Assembly (NCBI GenBank): GCA_024679065.1
Contig: JAGIQG010000009.1
Span: 107,508,001 to 107,572,000 of the forward strand
Origin: Sphyrna mokarran
Taxonomy: Eukaryota
DNA length: 64,000 nucleotides
Direction: 5' to 3'
The position numbers and the translations under genes are program-made. The notes under the pieces are model-generated. The model was not told the origin of the DNA. It ran no database searches and saw only the letters and a program-made list of their open reading frames with translations. Below, one piece after another: positions 11,901 through 22,235 of this stretch (positions are counted from its first letter, which is position 1; the number at the start of each line of letters is the position of its first letter).

Positions 11901-14900
11901 AGGTCGCCCAGGTCTCTGGGGCATCAACGTTGTCCAATCTGTCATCCTTTAAATAATATTCTGCCGTTCCGTTTTTCCTTCCGAAGTGAACAACTTCACA
12001 TTTACGCACGCAATACTGTATTTGCTATGTATTTTCCAATTCACACAATTTGATTAAGTCACAACGAAGCATCCAAACATCCTCCTCACTACTTAACTTC
12101 CCACTACGCTTCTCTTCATCAACAAATTATTCAAAGTTTGCTTTAAATTTCCACATCCATACCATTGGTGCCCTCATTCAACTTATTGATATACGTTGTG
12201 AATAGTTAGGGCCCATTCATTGCTCTTTGTGAGACTTGAATAGTTACTGCCCGCTAATTCAAAAAAGACCCATTTATTTCTATTTTCTGTTTCCTTTCTG
12301 CTAATAAATTCTCAACAATTCCATTCCCATCAATCCCATATGTTTCAATTTTGCACACTGACACCCTTTGAGGGACTCTACCAGAAGCTTTCTGAGAATC
12401 CAAGTAGACATATCCAGAATTTCCAGTAGATCTTCACATATAATTTTCCCTTTCAATAATCCATATTGACTTCTTCTAATCGCTTTTATATTCTTCAGCG
12501 TCCTTCATAATAGACTCCAGCATTTTCCCTGTTCCTTACCTTTAACTAACGTGTCTATTTTCTCCCTCGCTCACTTTTTAAATAACATGGTTGCATGATG
12601 TAATTTTCAACCTGCCAGGACTGTCCAGAATTTGCAGAATTTTGGTGATAACAACCACCACATGTAGTATTTCTATCGCCAGCACCTTTGTTATCCTAGC
12701 ATGTAGATTATCAGGTCCTAGGAATTTTTTTGGTTTTCTGCCCATTAATTGCTCTAACACTAATTTTCTACTATTGCTAATTCCCTCAAATTCCTCTTTC
12801 ACGCTACAATCCAGATTCCTTAGCAGTTCTTGAAGTTTATTTGTGTCTTTCCCCAAGGAGACAAGAAAAATGTACTTATTTCATTGCTCTGTTCTCGATT
12901 ATATGTTCAACTTTTTCTGGCTGTAAGGGACCTACATTTGTCTTCATTATTTTCCTCCTTTTTATATGCTTACATAAGCTTGAGTGACCACTTCTGGCTA
13001 TCTGCAGGTTTACTTTCATACCATTCCCCCTTAATCATACTTTAGACTTCTCTGCTGAATATTGATTTTTTCCTAATCTCCCAGCTTGCTACTTTTTCTA
13101 GCAAAGTTATAGGACTCCCGTTTGGAACTAATATTATCCTTAGTGGTGGCATGTTTTGGTCACTTTCCTTGTTTTGTTTTTGCACCAGAAAGTGATATGT
13201 AATGGCTGAAATGCATACCTTATTTCCTTAAGTATTAACCATTGACTGACCACCATCATGTTTTTAATGAAGTTCCACAATCTACCATAGCCAACTCATA
13301 AGAACGATAGAAATCACAGAACACTTAAATGCAGAAGGAAGCCATTCGACCTATCGAATTTGCACTGGCCACAATTGCACCTAGCTCTGATCCACATAGC
13401 TCCACTTATTTCACCTGCTAGTCTCCCTGAAACTGAGAATCAATTTAGCATGGCCAATCAATATAACCTGCACATTTTTCCATCTTAATAAAGAATTCTG
13501 TCATGTTACAGAAGCTGTTCTCTAAATGACCACGCCGAATAAAATGGTTAATTGACCCATTGTCATTGTATAATTACAAATCTATGATGATACGATTCCT
13601 CGTTTCTTCCTGATGGAACATACTTGTTAAAAAAAACTCATACATACTCCAGGAATTCATATGCCACATTATTTTTGTTAATTTGTTTTGCCCAATCAAT
13701 GTGTGAATTATTTTACATTCGTCCGTGCCGTGTAGGCTTCCATCTCATTGCCCTTCTCTAATTGCCCTTCAATAGTGTGGCCTGCGGAACCATCTAGAAT
13801 CATAGAATCCTACAGAAGGAGGCCATTCGGACCATCCAATCAGCACTGACCATAATCACACCCAGGTCATCTCCCCATAACCATACATGTGCACTAACTA
13901 GTCTCCCTGACGCTAAAAGGAAATTTACCCTCGCCAATCCATCTAACCTATAAGGGAAGACTATGGCAGGAAGCCGAAGCTCACAGAACAAACACGTGCA
14001 GTCACGGGGCGAAAGTGCAAACTCCACACAGGTAATGATCCAAGCTAGGAATCGAACCCAGGTCCCTGTGGCTGTGAGGCAACAGTGCTAACCACTATGC
14101 GACTATCTTGTTCCTTCTAACGTGTCTTTTTAACAATTTTATGCATTTTCTGTATTTATATCTCATGGACGTAGAGAATGGGGTTCAGAAACCTATCTGC
14201 TATGATCAAATGGCGGCGTAGAATCGACGAGTCGAATGGTCTAATTCTGCTCCTATACCTCATGGCAATATGTCCTCAGATGCTGCAGGGCTGCATGGTC
14301 AACATCAACAGGGAGACAGTAAACCATGGAGGGATTTGAATACAAGAATGAAGATTTCAAAATCCTCATCAAGGGGCATCAATCAAATTTAACAAGAATA
14401 GAATGAATGGTGAATGCGATTGTGACCAAATTAAGTTTATAGGAAATGAAATCTATAGGTAACAAATGCATGGATGAGGATTTTCGTATCATGGAGGATC
14501 AGATAGAGTTAGAATCAGAATCCCACAATCTGTGGGATATAAATCAGACAGATATGCGCAATCTTCATGATGGTACAAAAGGATGGTCAGGAACCAAATG
14601 TGACGTCAAACAAGGCCCCCAAGTTGGGAAATGTCTGACTCAGTTTGAGAGAATTACCATCAATTGAGACAGTGGACATGAAGATAAGTTTGTGACAGGG
14701 ACAGAAAATGATGGCATCAATCTTCCCAATGTTCCATTGTTGAAAATATATCCAGTGATCCAATTGCAACAATTAGAAGCAACTCAGTTGAATAATACAA
14801 TGTGCGATGATATGCTGCTCCCACCTACATACCACTTGGATAGAAAGACGGCTGGTTCAATGCCGACCGTCTCAACAGCCATAACGCACTGCGGGGCTCT

Positions 14901-17900
14901 TTAGCCAAGGCTGAGTGGGCTACCAGTCATCATTGTAGCCAATACATCCATTTGCATTGGTCCTGATCTCCATTAGTCTCGACAACGCCAGGAACGCGTG
15001 AATCGCAGCTACCTGAGATGCAGATATGCACCCAAACCCCAGTATCTTCGGAGAAAGTAATTCTAGGGTGTTGGTCCAAAAGGGTTTAGTGGTGCTCGGG
15101 ACAGGAGGCACTGTGGGGTGTGGGGTGGAGGGGGTGAGGGCGGGGGTGGTGTTGGGTAGGGTGAATTTCAGAGGGGGAGTGGGCAGGAAGTAGATGGGCG
15201 CGATTTCAATCTGAGAGGCCATCCCAGTGTACACCTTTAGTCCATTTCAGGATAAAAAGTGGGCTTACAGTTCCTGCCCTTCTGCCTACGCCAAAAGCAT
15301 TTTGTTCAGAAACAAAAATCAGACAGTTTCTCATGCAATTTGAACATTTCACTGCATACCCAAGGCTAATATAGAAACAACTTACGCGTTAATGTAGTAT
15401 AAGTTAAACAATTGATTAATATAGAATTAGATAAATGTTCTTTAATCTTCATGGGTTCAAAATTAACACGTTCCTCATGACTATGTTCTCGGAATTACAA
15501 AGTGGATATTGAAGCAGTAATTAATTTGATCTGTTATTGAAATGAACAAATATAAAGAAAGGCAGATAGTATCATATAGAAACGTACCTTTAACAGTTAC
15601 CCGTGTGCCATTTCCAGTTTCTTTGTCAATTTGTGTCAATTTCACTTCACAATAATATATTCCGGAATCATTCCGATTTGCCTCTATGACTGTAATATTC
15701 GCGCCTGTTGAAGATTGTCCATGTTTCTGCAAAACTCGGCCTACCAATCCTTCAGATGTGTTCGTAATCAAACTCTTTTCACGGCCTGGTGCTTTCTTGT
15801 ACCAATAGAATGCAAAAGCTGATGTCATGTTTGACGCAGTAAATGTACAGGAGATTTGAAATTCCCCTCCTTCTATTACCTCGATAGCCTCTGGGCTTTG
15901 AGTTACGTTGACGTCGGCAATAGCAGCAGCTGTAATGCAGAAACTCCAGTTATACTTGTTCGACAAACCTGTTCCTCTCCTCAAACTACTGTCCTGGCAC
16001 TTTGCCAATAATTCATCTGCAGCTAATGGCAAATTCAAACAAGAATCCCCATTCACATCACCTGACATTCAGTAGGAAGATGATCATTGAATTTTCTATC
16101 ATGAACCATTTTGGTGAGAACGGCTCTTTCTTCCCTTGCAGCCTTGAACCATGAACAACTTCGTGGGATCAACATCACATCCAAATTCGCATCTGAGCAT
16201 GCGCATACTGGATGTTTTCATCTCCTTGATGCCAATTGAGTCAGCCTGAGCCTGTTAAAGGCTAATTCAGGTACAATACTACGATGTCTCGAAATCTGAC
16301 ATAAAGCACAAATGCTGAATAAACTCAGCCGATCTGGCAGCATCTCTGAGAGAGAGAAACAAGAGGTATCGTTGCGAGTCCAACGACGCCTCCTACAGTG
16401 GACTAGAAACGCCAACTGTGTCGATTACCACAGATGCGGCCAGAAATGCTCAGTTTATCCAGAGTTTTCAGTTTTTATTGGTATTATAGGCCAATGTTAA
16501 AGGCTCTGTTCGCAGACATCTCCCGTCATTTCTCCAGTCATTTCATGAGAAGTGGTGGCGAACATGTTTGTGGCGGGGACAGAAAAAGATGGCATCAACG
16601 TTTCCAATGTTCCATTGCCGAAAATGTCTGGTCATCCAATTCCAGTAATTAGAAACAACTCAGTTGAATAATACAATGTGCGATGTCAGGCTGCTTCCAA
16701 CCGCACATCACCTGGATGGAAAGACGACTGGTTCCACGCTGACCATCCCAACAGCCATAATGCACTGCGGGGCTCTTTAGTCAGGGCTGAGTGGGCTACC
16801 CATTCATCATTATATCCAATACATCCAATTGCGTTGGTCCTGAGCTCCATCAGTCTCGACAACGCCAGGAACGCGTGAATCGCAGCTACCTGGACTTTAA
16901 ATAGGCACGCAAACCCGAGTGTCTTCGGAGAAAGCAGTTCTGAAGTCTTGGTCCAAAAGGGTTTGGTGGCGCTCGGCACGGTGGGGTGTGGGGGAGGGAG
17001 TTGAAGTGGGTGGGTGGGGGGCAGGGGTGCTGTGTAGAGTGAATTTCAGAGGGGGATCGGATAGTAAGAAGATGGGCGCAATTTTAATCTAGGAGGCCGC
17101 CCCAGTGTATACCTATGGCCCATTTCAGGGTAAAAACTGAACTTTCTGTTCCTGTCCTTCTGCCCACGCCAAACGCATTAAGTCCAGAAACAAAAATCAG
17201 ACAGTCTCACATGCAATTTGCACATTTAACTATATGCCCCAGGCTAATATAGAAACAACTTTAAAATATACGCTTTAATTGAACACAAGTTACAATAATT
17301 AATATAGAATTCAGTAAATGAGTATTAATTTCCATGGATTCAAAATGAATACGTTCCTCATGACGATTAACTCAGAATTACAGAGTGGATATTGTAAGAA
17401 TAATTAGTTTGATCGGTTATTGAAAAGCATAAATGTAAATAAAGGCAGATGGCAGCATATACGAACGCACCTTTAACAGTTACTCGTGTGCCCATTTCTG
17501 TTCCTCTGCTAACTCCCAGTGTACCCACTTCACAATAATATATCCCGGAATCATTCCGATTTGCCTCCATGACAGTAATTTGGCTCTTGCGTAAAGTTTC
17601 TTCATGTTTCAGCCAACCTCGGCCGACAAATCCTTCAGATGTGTTCTTAATCAAACTCTTTTCACGAGCTAATGTTTGCTTGTACCAGTTGAATCCAAAG
17701 ATTTTTGGCTCGGTAGACGCAGTAAATGTACAGAAGATTTGAAATTCCCCTCCTTCTACTAATTCGATAATCTCTGGGCTTTGAGTTACGTTGACGTCGG
17801 CAATAGCAGCAGCTGTAATGCAGAGATTCCAGTTATACTTGTTAGACAAACCTGCTCCTCTCCTCAAATTACTGTCCTGTCACCTTGCCAATAATTCATC

Positions 17901-19897
17901 TGCGGCTAATGGCAAATTCAAACAAAGAATCCCCATTCACATCCCTGGACCTTCAATACAAGATAACCATTGCATTTTCTACCATGAAGTACTTTGATAT
18001 GAAGAGTTCTTTCTTCCCCTACAGCCTTTAAGCCTGAGCAATTTCGTGGGATCAACATCACATCCAAATTCATATCTGAGCGTGTGCATACTAGACATTG
18101 TCATCTCCTTGATGCCAATTGAGTCGGTCAGAGATTGTTAAAAACTAGTACAAGTACAATACTGCGATTTCTGGAAATCTGACATAAAAGCACAAATGCT
18201 GAATAAACTCAGCCGATCTGGCGACATCTCTGGAGAGGGAAACAAGAGGTATCGTTGCGAGTCCAACGACGCCTCCTACAATGGACTAAAAACGCTCATT
18301 GTGTCGATTACCACAGATGCCGCCAGACCTGCTCAATTTATCCAGAGTTTTCTGTTTTTATTTGTGTTACAGGCCAGTTTCAAGGTCCTGTTCGCAGAGA
18401 TCTCCCGGCACTTCTCTAGTCATTTCATGAGAAGTGGTGGTGAACATGTTAGGAACAGCACCAGGCAACACTAAATGTTATTACTAACATGGTGTCGACA
18501 TAGCACATGTTAGCTAAACGATAGAAGCAACATGTTATGAATATTGATCTATCCATAACTAACGGTTACATCCAACCTCTGAAGAGTGGCTGCAACCACT
18601 CATGAATGTTTGTGGGTGATTAAATAATTAACAGAAGAAGGAGATTCTATAAATGTCCCCCATCCTCAATACCGGAATCCGGCGCCTGAATACATAGAAA
18701 AGAGCGGAAGCATTTGTAAACATCTTTCATCGGGCAGCACCGCAGGACAAGGTTAGCACTGCTGTTTCACAGCGCCAGGGATTCGGGTTGGATTCCCGGC
18801 GTGGGTCACTATCTGTGTGGAGTCTGCACATCCTTCCCGCGTCTACGTGGGTTTCACCGGGTACTCCGCTTTTCTCTCACAGTCTTACAGACATGCTGGT
18901 TAGGTGCATTGACCTGAACAGGCGCCAGACCATGGCGGCTAGGGGAATTTCACAGTAACTTCATTGCAGCGTTAACGCACTTGTGACTAATAAATAAATA
19001 AATTTTAATGAATTGTTGAGAGTGGATGATCCATCCCGGCTTGTGCCTGAAGTTCATAAAGTTGGGGATTTTCTTTCAAGTTACTCGATTCACTTCACAT
19101 AACAAAATGTTGTTGAAAGTCCTGAATATAGCACAAAATGTTGGACCTGATCACATTCAGACTGCACTCCTATTGATTTGTGTTCCAGAACTGATTTTAC
19201 AACAGAACACAGGAATCATGAGCCGGAGTAGGCCACTGGACCTCTTGAAGCTTCTCTATCATTCAATCATACCATGGCCATTCTAAGGGTGGATTGAACA
19301 GCACCTTATTGTTTGTGCACCGTAGCCCTTGACTCAATCGGTGATCAACAACGTGTCAAGGTGAGCCAAGAACATAATCAATGACATATACTCTGAAGAG
19401 TAGAATTTCTCAGATTAAAGGCCCTCTGAGAGAAAATAATGTTATTCAGAATCGGGAAATCCCTACCGTGCAGAGGAGGCCATTCGATTCATGGGGTCTG
19501 CACCGACTCTCCTGCAGAGCATCTTATCCTAGCGGTATCTCCTGCTGCATCCCCATAACCCTCCAGATTTCCCTTAGCTATTCCATCCTTAAAAGAAAAG
19601 AGTTATTCCAGTACCTCTTTATCCCCACCCTGGCTTGGACGTATATAGCCATTGTGCTACTTAGTAACTCTGGAACACCTTCCAGCAACAGAGCGAGTGT
19701 TCCTACATTACAAAGAACTGTAGCAGTTTAAAATAAAGTTCATTAACTTTAAAGTTAACTTAAAGTTAACTTAAAGTTCTCAAGGACATGCGATAAATGT
19801 TGCCCTTTTTGGTGTAGCTCATTAACAAATGTAACAAGAAATCCAACTAAGTTTCAGGCTTACCAGAAATTAGCAGTACGCCCATAACTGGATACAT
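2710..19897 (-). CDS. Gene A: NCR3/NKp30-like VJ-type Ig superfamily receptor, two V domains, uncharged TM, three ITIMs (~371 aa); exons 19864-19897, 17471-17812, 15588-15929, 10497-10622, 8692-8720, 2710-2952
   Basis: Six exons with GT-AG sites and compatible phases (1,1,1,1,0) total 1116 nt and give an open frame: MYPVMGVLLISAAAIA|DVNVTQ...YYC...GTRVTVK (x2)...LITLSSAFVVIILVLLFAILIFL...VIYADL...IVYGEV...VVYGVV. Every exon has a paralogue in gene B. Confidence 0.85.
3058..3760 (+). mobile_element. Solo LTR (copy at 45409-46106)
   Basis: TGTT...AACA termini; 4-bp TSD GATG/GATA (GATG/GATG in unit B); three CCAAT boxes, TATAAAA, downstream AATAAA. Confidence 0.7.
3915..4310 (+). mobile_element. 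DeuSINE/SacSINE1-like SINE (copy at ~46260-46640)
   Basis: catggcagat...gaattcaataaa...ggtctggtctacatgtgact...gggatgggca. Confidence 0.65.
4975..5322 (-). mobile_element. HE1-type SINE with CR1/HER1-derived tail (copy at ~47325-47667)
   Basis: catagaaatcatagaa tail repeats, core and tRNA head. Confidence 0.8.
5992..6255 (-). mobile_element. HE1-type SINE (copy at ~48390-48606)
   Basis: Same family as 951-1210. Confidence 0.7.
7035..8056. repeat. Inverted repeat with ~255-bp arms (7035-7292 and 7804-8056); copy at ~49408-50445
   Basis: Reverse complement of 7804-8056 aligns end to end with 7035-7292. Confidence 0.85.
7192..8150 (+). mobile_element. Degenerate LTR-like element interrupted by the inverted duplication
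   Basis: TG start (tgtgg...gtgcctttaag), AATAAA; resembles the minus-strand elements at 26019-26470 and ~39817-40239; no TSD seen. Confidence 0.4.
8279..8600 (+). mobile_element. HE1-type SINE, full length (copy at 50665-50990)
   Basis: tRNA head, core and gattctat tail. Confidence 0.8.
8692..8720 (-). CDS. Gene A cytoplasmic micro-exon (DRTPTRNEAQ)
   Basis: ttttgcag|AT...CAG|gtaaga; 29 nt converts phase 1 to phase 0; paralogue 51083-51114 differs by an in-frame 3-nt indel. Confidence 0.8.
10497..10622 (-). CDS. Gene A stalk/transmembrane exon (GRAASKEEASTHKLITLSSAFVVIILVLLFAILIFLSRNKCQ)
   Basis: attccccag|GT...CAAG|gtaatt; 126 nt, phase 1-1; ~23-residue hydrophobic span followed by basic residues. 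Confidence 0.88.
11270..13290 (-). mobile_element. Old degenerate CR1 LINE ORF2 fragment (copy at ~53920-55855; partial copy ~30230-30520)
   Basis: KCEVVHFGRKN and PHLQYCVQF motifs, with frameshifts. Confidence 0.8.
13795..14105 (-). mobile_element. HE1-type SINE (copies at ~31022-31325 and ~56340-56640)
   Basis: tagaatcatagaatc tail and tRNA head. Confidence 0.8.
15588..15929 (-). CDS. Gene A membrane-proximal Ig V exon (V1), VJ-type, NKp30-like
   Basis: cattacag|CT...AAAG|gtacgt; 342 nt; B-strand Cys, WY, DSGIYYC and J-like GNGTRVTV all in one exon. Confidence 0.92.
16300..16478. mobile_element. Penelope-derived foldback element upstream of each V exon (copies ~18186-18360, ~33433-33645, ~58789-58950)
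   Basis: Imperfect inverted arms: acaaatgctgaataaactcag...ggcagcatct and cagatgc...cagtttatccagagtttt. Confidence 0.45.
17471..17812 (-). CDS. Gene A N-terminal Ig V exon (V2), VJ-type
   Basis: cattacag|CT...AAAG|gtgcgt; 342 nt, open; canonical Cys/Trp/Cys; G-strand reads EMGTRVTV. Confidence 0.9.
18732..19000 (+). mobile_element. HE1-type SINE inside the A-specific segment of the leader-V intron
   Basis: ggttagcactgctgtttcacagcgccagggattcgggtt...taataaataaataa. Confidence 0.8.
19864..19897 (-). CDS. Gene A signal peptide exon (MYPVMGVLLIS)
   Basis: aacATG...TCT G|gtaagc; phase 1 joins the V exon to give ...ISAAAIA|D; conserved at 33989-34013 and 59282-59315. Confidence 0.82.
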
Positions 19898-19954
19898 GTT
19901 TCAATTTTGCCTGTGAATGCAATAAGGAAGACAAGAGTTGTCACGTCGATTCGT

Positions 19955-19962
19955 ATTTGCAT
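19955..19962 (-). promoter_or_regulatory. Octamer ATGCAAAT 57 nt upstream of the leader ATG (also 34068-34075 and 59373-59380)
   Basis: Perfect match in all three paralogues; function unverified. Confidence 0.45.
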
Positions 19963-20399
19963 TCAGTTTTGCAGCTATAATTACAAGTTCTTTACAAGTG
20001 ACAATGCATGCCTTTGCTCAACGCTTTATCTTCAATTTGATCTTTCATTTGTTTACAAATTTAGTTTGGTATTTATGGAGGAGAAATTTTGCGACGTTCC
20101 CGTCCTCCTCCGCTTTAGATTAGAACAAAAGCTGCACAACCCCAGGCAGAGAATGGAAACATGCCAGGAGGGGCATAATCAAACACGAGCAGGATGGGCT
20201 CAATGGTTCGTTTCCTAATCATAATTTGTACACCCTTAGACAAGAAGCAGCTATTTCTAGGATTTCCATTATAGTTAGGACAATGTAAAGAGAACGTCCA
20301 CTTAAGTTTATACACATATGTTTTCCTTGATATTGTATTACCAGATTGTCGATCTGAATGCTCAGTGGTATAAGGATGGACAGTTTGAGCGTACATTTA

Positions 20400-20720
20400 G
20401 TGGGAAATAAGAAATGATTTTGTTGGAACATATAAGATCCTGAGGCAGCATAATAGCCACAAAACGGGGGGATGTTTTCATTTCTGGAAGAATCTAGTAC
20501 TAAAGGACACAGTTTTAGGATAAAGTGTGTTTGAGACGGAGATAATGAGCATCGTAGCCCCATCCATACCACACCCCAAAGCATTCTTAGCAAATGAAAT
20601 TCGTTTGCCAAAACACAGTGGAGGCTGTGCCGTTGAGTTCAATCAAGACAGAATTAGAGGGCTTTAGATAGATAAGGGAGTCAAGGAATACGGGGGGTGG
20701 GGGGGGGTGGCAATGTGGAG
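20400..20720 (+). mobile_element. Degenerate CR1 LINE 3' fragment (copies ~34500-34930 and ~59810-60200)
   Basis: gaatctagtactaaaggacacagtttt...gataagggagtcaagg. Confidence 0.55.
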
Positions 20721-20864
20721 TTGAGACCCCTATCAAGATTAGAGCAGTTTCTAATACTGAATAGTGTATTTTTACTCTTGGATCTTATCATAGAATCCCT
20801 ACAGGGCAGAAGGAGGCCCACTCAGCATACACTGCTTCTCTCACAGAATATCCCACCAAGGAAA

Positions 20865-21270
20865 CTTCATAGAATCATAGAAACCCTATAGTGCAGAAGA
20901 AGGTCATTTTGGCAATCGAGTCTGCACCTACCATAAAACCAACCAGGCCGCACTCCCTTATCTCTACTTATTTATCCACTAATCCTTGTAACATATGCAT
21001 CTCAGGACACTAAGGGGCAATTTTCGCATTGTCAATCAATCTAACCCGCTCATCTTGGGACTTGTCCTCCGCCCTAATCCCTTAACTCCACACATTCACC
21101 ATGGCTAATTCACCTTTCCTGCATATCTTTGGACTGTGGGGGGAACCCGGAGCACCCAGAAGAAAATTTCTGAGAAGCGCGCATGCTCCACTCACAGTCA
21201 CACAAGACCAGAATTGAACGCGGATTCCTAACGCTGTGAGACAGCAGCGCACAACACTGCCACTGTGCTA
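20865..21270 (-). mobile_element. Nested or partial HE1-type SINEs (related copies ~34940-35205 and ~60200-60450)
   Basis: catagaatcatagaaaccc tail; ggactgtggggggaacccggagcacc core. Confidence 0.7.
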
Positions 21271-21464
21271 ATCTTATTCTATGCTTAGTTAACTGGACGA
21301 ACATTTCACATAGAACGGTGTTTGCAACATCCAAATCTTGAGTCAGGACAGCAGAAATTGTTTCCCTTGTTATTCTTCCAATAACTTTCTTAGGATTCCT
21401 TATATTCACCTGAAAGGGCAGAAACATCCTCGATTTAGCCGCATATCTAAAAAAAAGGGACACC

Positions 21465-21810
21465 TTTTTTGATGTGGGCATCACTGGCTGGGCCAACATT
21501 TATTCTCCTTCCTTAACTGTCCTCAATTTCAGGGGAAATTTGAGAGTTAACCACATTGCTGTGAGCCTGGAGTGACATGTAGGTCAGACGGGGTAAGAAT
21601 GGTAGATTTCCTTCCCTAAAGGACATTCGTGAACTAGATCGGTTTGGGCGACAATCGATAATGGTTTCACGACCAACATTAGAGATTTAATCCCAGATTA
21701 GTGAATGCAAGTTTTACCATCCAGCCTGGAGGAAATCTGAACCCGGGTCCACAGATATCGTCCTGAGTTATGAGTCGAGTGACAATACCATTACGCCACT
21801 GGCTCCCTGA
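21465..21810 (-). mobile_element. DeuSINE/SacSINE1-like SINE (copies ~35405-35725 and ~60655-60985)
   Basis: gatgtgggcatcactggctgggcc...gatttccttccctaaaggacatt. Confidence 0.65.
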
Positions 21811-22127
21811 CCCCAACACACGTTCCTGATTTAGAATATTTGTTTTCTTGAATCTCTGACTAAGTAGGACTTCAACCCATCACCTTCTCATTAAGCGGTG
21901 AAAGCTTTCGGAACCATAACTTGTGGCGAATATTCGATTCTAGCGACTTCAATAGGCCCGACTTTCAGACACGTGGAACATAAGTGGACTTACGTAATTC
22001 CGTGTGTTCTGTGTCCCAGATTGTCGTTTATTTCCTTTATTATAATTTCGAGTCCAAGGACGCGTAAGAGAAGCTTGGTGAGATGCACTTGTAACTTGGA
22101 ACTCTTGTTTTAACAGAGATCTAAAAG

Positions 22128-22235
22128 TGAGTCACTACGCTGGAAAGACGGAAGTGTTTCAGACGTTTGAAGACAAGAACGAAGGCAACAACAATTGCAT
22201 CCTCATGCTGAGTTGGGGCGGAGTGTGATGCAAAT
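22128..22235. promoter_or_regulatory. Candidate enhancer: AP-1, ETS, GC box and octamer cluster
   Basis: TGAGTCA 22128, CGGAAGT 22149, GGGGCGGAG 22215, ATGCAAAT 22228. Confidence 0.35.

Larger units (their letters stand above)
14688..18450. repeat. Tandem 1.88-kb duplication carrying the V exon
   Basis: V1-V2 offset is 1883 nt; junction gaacatGTTtgtggcggggacag near 16567. Confidence 0.85.

Noticed and set aside
14830-15240. GC-rich block after each V exon with ORFs (PSTTKPFWT...), as a stalk exon
   Set aside because: The acceptor is absent in the V2 copy, the donor is GT>AT in gene B, and there are frameshifts in unit C; probably an old repeat carried along with the duplications
19907-20218. 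Plus-strand ORF recurring at 34008-34400 and 59306-59536
   Set aside because: Recurrence reflects the segmental duplication; the frame is broken in B and there is no recognisable domain
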